From: Corynebacterium amycolatum
GTDB taxonomy: Bacteria > Actinomycetota > Actinomycetes > Mycobacteriales > Mycobacteriaceae
Reading direction: 5' to 3' (one strand)
DNA length: 32,000 nucleotides
Assembly (NCBI RefSeq): GCF_049243625.1
Contig: NZ_CP046975.1
Numbering within the stretch: position 1 is the first letter of the stretch; every line of letters starts with the position of its first letter. Shown one piece after another: positions 1 to 8,545 of the stretch. Position numbers and translations under genes: made by a program. The notes beneath the pieces were generated by a model that made no database searches, was not told the DNA's origin, and saw only the letters and a list, made by a program, of their open reading frames with translations.

Positions 1-1
1 T

Positions 2-634
2 CGGCACGGGCAGGAACACGATTCGGCACCGCTTCGGGTCGCTGAGTTCTCGCTTTACGACGAGCCGGAGTGCCAAGCGAACGAGCGTCGTCCGGAAACG
101 GCAGCCGCCACGGTGGAGTTGGGTCGCAACTACTGTGGCCTGACCGGCGCAGCGGAGACCGATATCCGTGTGGAACTTTTCGCCGTCGCCTACGCGGACT
201 TTCCCGTGGCCACCATGGTCGCGGCCGCGGGAGCGCTGGTGGAGGAAGAGCCGGAGTTTCTCTCGCCAATTCCGGGCCGTGTCATCCCGAATGCGGTGCG
301 GCTGGTGTCCGATCGGGTTGCCGAGGTAGGGGAGTCGTCGTCAAGCACTGCCTTTACCGTGGTGCACGTGCTGTGCACGGTACCGTACGTGTGGAGCGAC
401 GGGGTGCCGAATGTGTCCGAGATGCCGGGCAAAATCAGCCTGCATGAGGGCGATGTGGAGTCCCCGCAGGGGCGCATGACCACGATGACGCAGCTGGTGC
501 CGATCACGGATGCGGAGCTGGAGTTTTATGAGCAGCAGGGTCCGCAGGCGCTGATGCAGAAGTTGGCCGAAGTGGATGCTGACCTGCGGGATTGGTGCCG
601 TGAGTCGGTTGTTTCCCAGGAGGGTTCGAACTAG
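2..634 (+). CDS. Hypothetical protein, 5' end outside window (possibly Suppressor-of-fused-like domain protein)
   Basis: The frame is open from nt 2 to TAG 632-634; the track ORF 113..634 is only the part after the first Met. Codon usage is GC3-rich. The C-terminal LVPITDAELEFYEQQGPQALMQKL resembles the conserved tail of bacterial SUFU-like proteins from memory only. Confidence 0.45.
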   Translation, partial: RHGQEHDSAPLRVAEFSLYDEPECQANERRPETAAATVELGRNYCGLTGAAETDIRVELFAVAYADFPVATMVAAAGALVEEEPEFLSPIPGRVIPNAVRLVSDRVAEVGESSSSTAFTVVHVLCTVPYVWSDGVPNVSEMPGKISLHEGDVESPQGRMTTMTQLVPITDAELEFYEQQGPQALMQKLAEVDADLRDWCRESVVSQEGSN

Positions 635-664
635 CCGATCCGGGGTGGAAGGTAGGCTGAGCAC

Positions 665-3649
665 GTGGCTCTGTATAGGAAGTATCGTCCGGCATCGTTC
701 GCCGAAGTGGTGGGGCAGCGGCACGTAACTGACCCGCTGTCGGCGGCGTTGGAATCTCGGGATGCGCAGGGGCGTCCCAACCGCATTAACCATGCGTATT
801 TGTTTTCCGGGCCGCGTGGCTGTGGCAAGACCTCGTCGGCGCGCATTATGGCGCGCAGTTTGAACTGTGCGGAGGGGCCGACGGCCACACCGTGTGGTCA
901 GTGTGCGTCGTGTCGTGCGTTGGCGCCGGGTGGCCCGGGCAATTTGGACGTTATTGAGCTGGACGCGGCTTCGCACAATGGTGTGGAAGATATGCGTGAG
1001 CTGCGGGAAAAGGCTATCTTCCAGCCGGCGGAGTCGCGCTACCGCATCTTCATTATTGATGAGGCGCATATGATTACCGCCTCGGGTTTCAATGCGCTGT
1101 TGAAGATTGTGGAGGAGCCGCCGGAGCACCTCATCTTCATTTTTGCGACCACGGAGCCGGAGCGTGTGCTGCCGACGATTCGCTCCCGTACGCATCACTA
1201 CCCGTTCCGGTTGCTGACTCCGCCGGATATGCGCGGGTTGCTTGAACGTGTGGTGACGGCCGAGGGCGTGCAGGTGGACCCGGACGTGTATCCGCTGGTC
1301 ATCCAGGCCGGTGGTGGTTCGCCGCGTGATTCGCTGTCGATTATGGATCAGTTGATCGCTGGCTCTGGCACCGATGGCGTGGATTATGAAACTTCTGCGG
1401 CCATTCTCGGTGTCACTGACAGCGTGATTATCACGGATGCGATCGAGGCGCTGGCAGCTGGTGATCGCGCGGCCATGTTTAGTGTGGTCGGGCGTGTGAT
1501 TATGTCGGGTCAGGATCCGGCGCGGTTTGCCTCGGATCTCCTTGGACGGGTGCGTGATTTGCTGGTGCTCTCGGCGGTGCCGAATGCGCTGGAGCAGGGT
1601 CTTGTGGAGATTCCGGAGAGCCAAATCGACGGTGTGCTGGAGCAGGCCGGAAAGATTCCTCCGGCTACCCTGACGCGCTTCACGCAGGTGCTCTCTGATG
1701 GTCTGCGGCACTTCCGCGGCGTGACGTCGCCGCGTTTGCTGCTCGAGGTTCTCTGTGCGCGCATGCTCCTGCCCGCCACCGAAGACTCCGTGGAGTCGCT
1801 GCTGCAGCGCGTAGAAGCATTGGAGCACGGCAGGCCCGCGCTTGCCGACGGTTCGGGGGCTGCAACGCCCGCAGCGGCACCGGTGTCTTCCGATGCGGGT
1901 GCGGCTGAAGCGTCGCCGATGCAGTCTGGCCAGTCGGCTCGGGAGGCATGGCGTCAGCGGAATGCCCAGCGGAAGAAGGGTGCGCAGTCGGTTTCGGTCA
2001 CTCAGCGCGGACGTACTGAGCAAGCAGCGCATGTGCCGTCCCAGGCACAGCCAGAACCCCAGCCGGAACCGCAGCCTAAGGTTCAGTCGGAACCCGTTGA
2101 GCAGCAATCGGCGCCAGCGGCAGCGGTGTCGCAGGAGTCGGTAACTGAGCCGAAGCCTGCACCAGAAGCACCTACTGCGCCCGCTGAGCAGCCTGAGCAG
2201 CCTACGCAGGCTACGCCGGCCGAATCAGTTGAGCAGTCACAGCAGACCGAACAACTGCAGCAGCCGGAATCGGCTGAGCAGCCGTTGTCCGAGGAAGAGG
2301 CTCAGGCAGAGAAGATTCGTGAGTTCCGTCGGAAGATGGCGGAGCATGCCCGGATTAGCGAGCAGCAGACTCGGGCGCAGCTTGCACAGGAGCGTGAGCA
2401 GCAGACTCGTGAGCGTGAGGGTGAAGGCGGCTCGATGTCGATTGTCGAGGAGGAGCCAGTTGTCTCTTCCTCGCCAACGCACTCTGAACAGCCAACCCAG
2501 CCGACTCAGGCCGCACAGTCTGAACAGCCAACCCAGCCCGAGCAATCAGCCGAGTCGGCACGGCCAACTCAGGCCGCCCAGCCCGAGCAGCCTGAACAGC
2601 CAGTTCACAAGCCGGAACCAGAATCGCAGCCGGAGCCCGAACCTGCACCCGCTCGTATCGAGCAAATCCGCGAGCGCTGGCAGGACATCCTTGCAGCTGT
2701 TGACGGCCCGCACGCGTTCCCCATTCGCGTGCTAGCTGAACAGGCAGTGCCACTCGATGTCGAAAATGACAGGCTCATCATCGGGCACAGCACAGGAGCG
2801 CTCGCTACCAGGCTAAACACACCGGATTACGCACAGGCACTGTCCGCTGCCGTGAAGCAGGTGACGGGCTTCAATGGTCAGGTGCACTGTGTCGTCGGTA
2901 CGCGCCCGCGCGCACCGCGGTCAACAGCTACGAGTGGTGTTGCTGGGGAGGATGATTCGTCGTCAAGAGGTTCGTCCTCGCCGAACGACACCGCCCCTGC
3001 ACCGACACCAGCAGCGCCAGCGCAACCAGAGACATCTGAGCAGCGGGAACAGCAGACGCAGTCAGAGCCAGCACCGCGCCCGCAGCGATCGTCGGCCTAC
3101 GCGTCTGTTGCTGAGCGCCGCGCAAAAATCGAGGCTGCCAAGCGTGCTGCGATGGGGCACCAGGCAGGTCACGACCAGCCAGCGCAGCCACATCAGCAAA
3201 GCCAGCCAAATCAACCAGCTCAGCCAAGCCAACCGACTCAGCCGAACCCGAACTCGGTCCATCAACAGCCGCAACAGCAGCCAAACCAGCCGCAGCCGCA
3301 GTCGTTCCTGCGCGCGGCGCAGGCCAACGCCCAGGCAAATGCCCAAGCTCAGGCCAATCAGGATTCGGGCTTCGGCGGCGTCCCGCTGCCGCCAGAACCG
3401 ATGGAGGAGTTCGCTCCACCAGAGGGCGCAGAGGGCGCAGGGGGCTACGGCTTGCACACCCCGTCCAACGCCAACACCACCTACAACCCGGTTTCCCAAA
3501 ACCCGCAGGACAACAACTACGAAGAGGACACCTCCGAGTATTTCGAGGCCGCGAACGAGGTCGGGTCGCTCGATCACCGTTCGTTAAAGGACGTGGTCAT
3601 GGAGATGCTGGAAAAGGAGCTGGGAGCCAAACCGCTCAATGACCGTTAG
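665..3649 (+). CDS. dnaX: DNA polymerase III subunit gamma/tau, unusually long (994 aa) with Pro/Gln/Glu-rich linkers
   Basis: GTG start. N-terminus MALYRKYRPASFAEVVGQ, Walker A GPRGCGKTS, zinc module CGQCASC, DEAH box IIDEAHM and SRT motif TIRSRT. Followed by ybaB-recR as in most bacteria. Confidence 0.95.
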   Translation: MALYRKYRPASFAEVVGQRHVTDPLSAALESRDAQGRPNRINHAYLFSGPRGCGKTSSARIMARSLNCAEGPTATPCGQCASCRALAPGGPGNLDVIELDAASHNGVEDMRELREKAIFQPAESRYRIFIIDEAHMITASGFNALLKIVEEPPEHLIFIFATTEPERVLPTIRSRTHHYPFRLLTPPDMRGLLERVVTAEGVQVDPDVYPLVIQAGGGSPRDSLSIMDQLIAGSGTDGVDYETSAAILGVTDSVIITDAIEALAAGDRAAMFSVVGRVIMSGQDPARFASDLLGRVRDLLVLSAVPNALEQGLVEIPESQIDGVLEQAGKIPPATLTRFTQVLSDGLRHFRGVTSPRLLLEVLCARMLLPATEDSVESLLQRVEALEHGRPALADGSGAATPAAAPVSSDAGAAEASPMQSGQSAREAWRQRNAQRKKGAQSVSVTQRGRTEQAAHVPSQAQPEPQPEPQPKVQSEPVEQQSAPAAAVSQESVTEPKPAPEAPTAPAEQPEQPTQATPAESVEQSQQTEQLQQPESAEQPLSEEEAQAEKIREFRRKMAEHARISEQQTRAQLAQEREQQTREREGEGGSMSIVEEEPVVSSSPTHSEQPTQPTQAAQSEQPTQPEQSAESARPTQAAQPEQPEQPVHKPEPESQPEPEPAPARIEQIRERWQDILAAVDGPHAFPIRVLAEQAVPLDVENDRLIIGHSTGALATRLNTPDYAQALSAAVKQVTGFNGQVHCVVGTRPRAPRSTATSGVAGEDDSSSRGSSSPNDTAPAPTPAAPAQPETSEQREQQTQSEPAPRPQRSSAYASVAERRAKIEAAKRAAMGHQAGHDQPAQPHQQSQPNQPAQPSQPTQPNPNSVHQQPQQQPNQPQPQSFLRAAQANAQANAQAQANQDSGFGGVPLPPEPMEEFAPPEGAEGAGGYGLHTPSNANTTYNPVSQNPQDNNYEEDTSEYFEAANEVGSLDHRSLKDVVMEMLEKELGAKPLNDR

Positions 3650-3762
3650 AGCCGTTAGAATGGGGCGGCGATGCGCGTCGTAAAGCAAGGGCGATGAGCC
3701 TTTAAGCGTGCGCGTAACTATAAATCAGCACGTAAAAAGCACAATAGTTAGGAAAGTTAGTT

Positions 3763-4086
3763 ATGACTCAGCCAGATATGAACGCAATTCTGCAGCAGGC
3801 ACAGCAGATGCAGGCGCAGCTGCAGGCAGCACAGCAGGAGATCGTCGCCTCCACCATCGTCGGTGAGGCCGGTGGCGGTCTGGTCAAGGTGACTATGCAG
3901 GGCTCGGGCGAGGTCACGGACATCGCCATTGATCCGAAGGTCGTAGACCCGGAGGATGTCGACGGGCTGCAGGACCTGGTCCTCGCAGCTTTCCAGGACG
4001 CTACCGCTAAGGTGCAGTCGCTGGCAGAGCAGAAGATGGGCCCGCTGTCCCAGGGCTTCGACGGTCTCGGTGGCCTCGGTTTCTAA
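3763..4086 (+). CDS. ybaB: Nucleoid-associated protein YbaB/EbfC
   Basis: 107 aa. Has the Q-rich N-terminal helix (QQAQQMQAQLQAAQQEI), then GEAGGGLVKVTMQGSGEV and a Gly-rich tail. Sits in the conserved position between dnaX and recR. RBS aggaaag lies upstream. Confidence 0.9.
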   Translation: MTQPDMNAILQQAQQMQAQLQAAQQEIVASTIVGEAGGGLVKVTMQGSGEVTDIAIDPKVVDPEDVDGLQDLVLAAFQDATAKVQSLAEQKMGPLSQGFDGLGGLGF

Positions 4087-4123
4087 ATTAGCTTTTCAGA
4101 CCAGTAATTGTAGGTAATTATCA

Positions 4124-4750
4124 TTGTTCGAGGGACCACTCCAAGATCTCATTGATGAGTTCTCGCGCCTGCCGGGCATCGGCCCGAAGTCAGCTCAGCG
4201 TATCGCTTTCTACTTGATGAAGGCGGAGCCGGAGGACATCGGGCGACTCCAATCCGCGCTGGGGCGGGTGCGCGAGGGTGTGCAATTCTGCCGGGTCTGC
4301 GGCAACATCTCGGAAAGCGACGTGTGCCAGTACTGCTCGGACACACGCCGCGACCGTGGTCTGGTGTGCGTCGTTGAAGAGGCGCGCGATATCCAGGCCA
4401 TCGAGCGCACGGGGGAGTACAACGGTCGCTACCACGTGCTCGGCGGGGCGCTCGATCCGCTCGGCGGCATCGGTCCGAACGAGCTCAATATCCGCACGCT
4501 GCTGCAACGTATCGCCGGCGTGCTTGACGACGTCGACGAGACCGAGCCCCCCGAAATCCACGAGGTCATCATCGCGACTGACCCCAACACCGAGGGCGAA
4601 GCAACCGCGACCTATTTGGCCCGGCTGCTCCGGGACTTCCCGGATCTCGAGGTCACTCGGTTGGCCTCCGGCATGCCGCTCGGCGGTGACTTGGAGTTCG
4701 TCGATGAACTCACCTTGTCCCGCGCGCTGACGGGCCGGCTGAAGGTCTAG
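4124..4750 (+). CDS. recR: Recombination protein RecR
   Basis: TTG start. [29 protein letters not shown] (HhH), C4 zinc finger CRVCGN...CQYC, and a Toprim region (VCVVEEARD ... [12 protein letters not shown]). Confidence 0.95.
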   Translation: MFEGPLQDLIDEFSRLPGIGPKSAQRIAFYLMKAEPEDIGRLQSALGRVREGVQFCRVCGNISESDVCQYCSDTRRDRGLVCVVEEARDIQAIERTGEYNGRYHVLGGALDPLGGIGPNELNIRTLLQRIAGVLDDVDETEPPEIHEVIIATDPNTEGEATATYLARLLRDFPDLEVTRLASGMPLGGDLEFVDELTLSRALTGRLKV

Positions 4751-4758
4751 GCCCGCCA

Positions 4759-4788
4759 ACCGGCCGCTGACCAGTCAGCTCGGCCGGT
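4759..4788. terminator. GC-rich hairpin between convergent recR and gatD (putative bidirectional terminator)
   Basis: ACCGGCCGCTGAC-CA-GTCAG(CT)CGGCCGGT gives 8+5 bp stems with a 2-nt bulge. It sits in the 56-nt gap between two stop codons. There is no U-tract. Confidence 0.45.
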
Positions 4789-4806
4789 CGCGCGAAACCA
4801 CAAAAA

Positions 4807-5619
4807 CTAGCGCTCGCTCTTCGGACGCGGCTTGGACAGGATGCGCTCTTCGCGCAGCTTATCCACGACCTCAAGGTCCAGAGGAGCCAGGCTCGACAGG
4901 TCCTGGTCGGTCGCGCGGGCCAGCATCAGGTCGGCCAGCTGCGGATTGCGGGCCAACACAGGTCCGTGCAGGTAGGTACAGATAATCGAGCCCTGCACCG
5001 CGCCCTCGACGCCACCGGCGGGGTTAAGTGCAGCAACGTCTACTCCCGGAGCAATCCCGGAGTCCGCCTGCTCTACCTCAGGGCCGGAGTTGCCCACGCC
5101 ACGGACAACCCGACCAAGCGGCTTCGCATCGGCTCCCAGGGTCGTGCGACCCATGTGGTTTTCGAAGCCAGTCAGCGGGCTGGCGTCGACGTCGTCAAGC
5201 AAACCGTTCGTGGGATCGACGAGCGTGCAGATTTCGCCGATTGCGCGCGTGGGCAGCGAATCGGTGGTGCAGTCGACAAGACCGAGACCTGCGACGTCGC
5301 GTCCGCCCGCGCGGAAAGAATTGCCGAAGATCTGGAAGCCTGCGCAAATTGCGAGGATCTGCTTGCCGGCATCGGCTGCCTTCTTGATGCCGCCGTCGTT
5401 AATCAGGTGCTCCACCGCGATGGTCTGCGCGACGTCCTCGCCGCCACCGACGGTGTAAATGTCCAGGTTGGTGGGTACGGAATCGCCCAGCTTAATCGGG
5501 ACGATCTCGGCGTCAATCCCACGCATCCGCGCGCGTTGCCGCAGCACCAGCGCATTTCCATCATCGCCGTAGGTGCCCAGCACGTCCGGGAGGATCAGAC
5601 CGATAGATAGCTCGCTCAT
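4807..5619 (-). CDS. gatD: Lipid II isoglutaminyl synthase, glutamine amidotransferase subunit GatD (CobQ-like GATase)
   Basis: N-terminus LILPDVLGTYGDDGNALVL, nucleophile motif AICAGFQIFG and TYLHGPVLARNP. Its ATG abuts the murT stop (5619/5620). It corresponds in position to the Rv3713/Rv3712 pair next to recR. Confidence 0.85.
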   Translation of the reverse strand: MSELSIGLILPDVLGTYGDDGNALVLRQRARMRGIDAEIVPIKLGDSVPTNLDIYTVGGGEDVAQTIAVEHLINDGGIKKAADAGKQILAICAGFQIFGNSFRAGGRDVAGLGLVDCTTDSLPTRAIGEICTLVDPTNGLLDDVDASPLTGFENHMGRTTLGADAKPLGRVVRGVGNSGPEVEQADSGIAPGVDVAALNPAGGVEGAVQGSIICTYLHGPVLARNPQLADLMLARATDQDLSSLAPLDLEVVDKLREERILSKPRPKSER

Positions 5620-6969
5620 TTACTTTTCCTCCTGTGCTCGTTCGATGTCGCGCTTCAGATCGCGGAAGGCGGTGTAGTTCGCCAGCACCTCAACTCGGGT
5701 GACGCTTGACGACGACCCCCGCGCCTCACACGACCGGATCGCCTGCAGCGGATTTGCGACCAACCTCGCATCAATGCCCGCATACAGCAACCGCACCGCG
5801 AGGTCAGTTCCGCGTTCGCCCGCGGATAACACATCCATGCCGTCGAAGTCCTCGAAGCGGACATCCCACAGCCAGGACAGGTCCTCGCCGTCAGCGACGT
5901 GACCGTTGACCGCGATGACCACTGCATCCGCAGTGCGGTCGACCATGGACAGCGCCTCTTGCCAGCCGGCCGGGTTCTTGGCCAGCAGCATGCGCACGTG
6001 CTTCTCGGCGCCCTTGTCATCTCGCACAATCATGGTGGAGTAGCGGCCCGCGACGTTGTCGACGGTTTCGGTGGCGCGGAGGGATTTCTCCAGGTCCGCA
6101 CCCATATCGACAGCGCCCGCGATCGCCAAGGTGGCGTTGCCACGGTTGGCGTTACCCGGCAGCGTGAGGTTCATGGGAAGGGTGTCGCCAGCAGGCGTGA
6201 TGACGCCCTCGGCTGTGATGCGGTAGTCCGGCTCTGGGCGTTTGAACTCCGAGCCATCCGGGAGTGGCTTCACGGCATACCAGTTGTGCCCGTCCTGGAT
6301 GATGGGGCCGCCGGTGCGCGGGGAAGAGGTGGCATCGTTGGTCCAGCCACCGCCCGCGGAGACCCAAATAACCTTCTTGGCATCCCATGCAGCCGACGCG
6401 ATGAGTGGGTCGTCGCAGTTGGCGATGACCGTCGCCTGCGGGTTAGCGTCCACCGCAGCGCGGAGTGTGGCCTCAATCTTGTTAATCTCGCCGACGCGGT
6501 CGAGCTGGTCGCGGGACAGGTTCAGCAGCACCAGGACCTGTGGTTTCAGATCCTCTGCGATGTGCGGGACGTGCAGCTCATCGACCTCCAGGACCAGGCT
6601 GTCCGCATCGGGAGTGGCGAGCAGCGCGGAGATAATACCCGCGTCCATGTTGTCGCCGCCCTCGTTGGTGGCCACGTTGTGGCCAGCGGCGCGCATGGCG
6701 GCCGCGAACATGCGGGTGGTGGTGGACTTGCCGTTGGTGCCAGTGATGATCGCGGCCGGGCGTCCCTTGCCGAGGGAAGCCAGAATGCGCGGGTCAATCT
6801 TCTGCGCAATCAGGCCACCAATCATCCCACCCGCGCCGCGGCCGGACTTCCGGGAGGCCCAGGTGGCGGCGTGGGCGGCGGCAGTCGCAAACCGAGCACG
6901 CAGGCTCGGGGAGCTTGCGCGATCGCGACGGTGGTCACTTACGCCGTTATGTGAAGTGCCTTCTTTCAT
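5620..6969 (-). CDS. murT: Lipid II isoglutaminyl synthase, Mur-ligase-like subunit MurT
   Basis: Mur ligase P-loop ITGTNGKSTT and a C-terminal DUF1727-like region. The start is chosen at MKEGTSH (6969) rather than the ORF-track Met at 7020, so the start is uncertain by 17 codons. Directly upstream of gatD. Confidence 0.85.
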   Translation of the reverse strand: MKEGTSHNGVSDHRRDRASSPSLRARFATAAAHAATWASRKSGRGAGGMIGGLIAQKIDPRILASLGKGRPAAIITGTNGKSTTTRMFAAAMRAAGHNVATNEGGDNMDAGIISALLATPDADSLVLEVDELHVPHIAEDLKPQVLVLLNLSRDQLDRVGEINKIEATLRAAVDANPQATVIANCDDPLIASAAWDAKKVIWVSAGGGWTNDATSSPRTGGPIIQDGHNWYAVKPLPDGSEFKRPEPDYRITAEGVITPAGDTLPMNLTLPGNANRGNATLAIAGAVDMGADLEKSLRATETVDNVAGRYSTMIVRDDKGAEKHVRMLLAKNPAGWQEALSMVDRTADAVVIAVNGHVADGEDLSWLWDVRFEDFDGMDVLSAGERGTDLAVRLLYAGIDARLVANPLQAIRSCEARGSSSSVTRVEVLANYTAFRDLKRDIERAQEEK

Positions 6970-7029
6970 AACTGTGTATTTTACTGTGAATAATTCGTAG
7001 AACGAATGCGCTGGCGACAAGCCCTAGCC

Positions 7030-8262
7030 CTACTTCTCCATCTCTCCGACCAGCCGCAAAAATGCCTCATCGGAAACAATCGGAATGTCCTTCCGGTGGG
7101 CATGCATGGCCTTGCCAGTCAGTTGATCCGGCGTCACATCCGCAGGCCGGTTACACACCAGCACCGACGACTCTCGCGTGACCTTCTCCGAGTACGCCAG
7201 CCCAGCCCGCACGCCCGCCGCAATCAAATCATCCGGGTCCAGCGACACCTCTGGTGCCACGACGAACTCCATGCCCGCAGCGAGCTTCCGCCCTGGTGTA
7301 TAGCGGCCGGGGTTCTCCACGGGGCGCGGCGCCTCCATCGCGTCGACACGCACTGCCGAGCGCTGCAGGCCCACAATGTCCTCGCGCAGCTGGTCGGGCG
7401 TGTACATGTTCAGGGTTGCGCCCTCGTCCAATCCACCCTGTGCGCGGAACAGCGCAAGCGTAGTGGTGACATCATCCAACGTCCGCACCCGCTCTGGCAC
7501 CGAGATGCCGGCAATCGATGCCTCGGGTGAAGGCACATCGAGGCCGTAGGCGCGCGCGACGGCGCGCAGGCGAGCGTCGTCAAGCCGTTTGCCCTGGCGA
7601 CGCGCCGTTTCCAACGTATCGGCAATCCGCGCGGGCGCCGGAATCCGCGCGACGCGAGTACGCGTACGACGACGCCCCCGCTTGTTCCGTGCGGACCGCT
7701 CACGATTCGCTTGACGACGGGCCCTCTTGGCCTCGGCGACTATAAAACCCCAGACCAGCGGTGCATTATGAGCAACCAACGTGCGCCCATCGAGCGCGTG
7801 CGCGAGCTTGGCCTGGATCACCCCGAACTTCGGCGCCCCCTCGAAGTCCGCGGGCTCGAGGCCGTGGAGGTGTGTCGGGCCGGGATCTTCGGTGGGATTG
7901 ATGACGACATGCCAGGTGTCCACGATGTTGCCGCTGCTGTCGGCGGTGGACACTCCCAGGCTGACCAGCCGAGACGTCTTGGGATGGATGCCCGTGGCCT
8001 GGATGGACACGATTGCGTAGGGAGCGTCCTCCGCCGACGAGAACTGTTTGTGCTCGTCAGCGGCCTTTGTTGCGGCGGTCTCGGCTGTGGCCGGTGTGGT
8101 TGCGGCGGTTGCAGCCGGGTCGGTTCGGTGCTGCGGATTGTGCTGGCCCTGGCGCTGTCCAGCTCCCGACGCGCGTTGAGAACGACGACGATTCCGCCGC
8201 CTCCTCTTCGTATGAGAAGAGGTCCCAGTCGCATTGCGCTCCTCGCGCGCCGATTCAGTCAT
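7030..8262 (-). CDS. DnaQ-family (DEDDh) exonuclease-like protein with C-terminal BRCT domain; catalytic motifs appear degenerate
   Basis: The segment YAIVSIQATGIHPKTSRLVSLG ... INPTEDPGPTHLHGL ... LVAHNAPLVWGFI ... TLDDVTTTLALF aligns by eye to the ExoI/II/III motifs. A BRCT-like tail follows (GMEFVVAPEV...VLVCN...KAMHAHRKDIPIVSDEAFLRLV). It sits in the same position as dnaQ next to murT/leuA in Corynebacteriales. Confidence 0.75.
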   Translation of the reverse strand: MTESAREERNATGTSSHTKRRRRNRRRSQRASGAGQRQGQHNPQHRTDPAATAATTPATAETAATKAADEHKQFSSAEDAPYAIVSIQATGIHPKTSRLVSLGVSTADSSGNIVDTWHVVINPTEDPGPTHLHGLEPADFEGAPKFGVIQAKLAHALDGRTLVAHNAPLVWGFIVAEAKRARRQANRERSARNKRGRRRTRTRVARIPAPARIADTLETARRQGKRLDDARLRAVARAYGLDVPSPEASIAGISVPERVRTLDDVTTTLALFRAQGGLDEGATLNMYTPDQLREDIVGLQRSAVRVDAMEAPRPVENPGRYTPGRKLAAGMEFVVAPEVSLDPDDLIAAGVRAGLAYSEKVTRESSVLVCNRPADVTPDQLTGKAMHAHRKDIPIVSDEAFLRLVGEMEK

Positions 8263-8299
8263 GCCTCAAGACTAGCGGGTGCGCTCACCCACGGAGAAA

Positions 8300-8366
8300 G
8301 TGACCAGGTTTATGGCACTTTAAGCAAAAACTTTGCGACGATACTGCTATAAACCTGGTCAGTAAC
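8300..8366 (-). repeat. Palindromic intergenic repeat element, copy A
   Basis: Arms GTGACCAGGTTTATGGCA and TGCTATAAACCTGGTCAGTAAC are separated by 27 nt. Related copies lie at 9660, 19400 and 23277. Confidence 0.8.
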
Positions 8367-8545
8367 TTGGGTGCCCAATCGGAAGGGTCGTTGGGCACGG
8401 TCACATGGGTCCCATAAACCACGTAAACCACACACTTCCCAAAGTTTCTCCCCCGGTAGGGTGCCCAGCGGAAAGGGATGGAACCGGGAGGGTGCTTTTC
8501 GCGCCTTATTAAATAAGGAGCACATTAACCACGGGGCGGGGAGAA

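Noticed and set aside
610-664. GGTTCGAAC (T-loop-like) near the end of the first ORF. Also considered: an SRP RNA (ffs) gene, which is often found upstream of dnaX.
   Set aside because: There are no complementary T-stem, acceptor stem or anticodon arm around the motif. The gap before dnaX is only 30 nt, too short for ffs.
341-2107. 588-aa minus-strand ORF antisense to dnaX. Similar long antisense ORFs occur at 9942..11837(+), 12265..13842(-), 14568..17075(-), 19801..21831(-), 24902..27274(-) and 28945..30435(-).
   Set aside because: Each lies opposite a gene with strong motif support. They are Arg/Leu/His-rich with no recognisable motifs, which is typical of stop-poor shadow frames in high-GC or repeat-rich DNA.
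665-3649. Possible programmed -1 frameshift site in dnaX producing a gamma subunit.
   Set aside because: Reading through the gene, I found no A-AAA-AAG or similar slippery heptamer followed by a hairpin.
7006-8352. Plus-strand ORFs 7006..7530 and 7711..8352 overlapping the dnaQ-like gene.
   Set aside because: They are antisense shadows of a gene with clear exonuclease-fold and BRCT similarity, with no motifs of their own.
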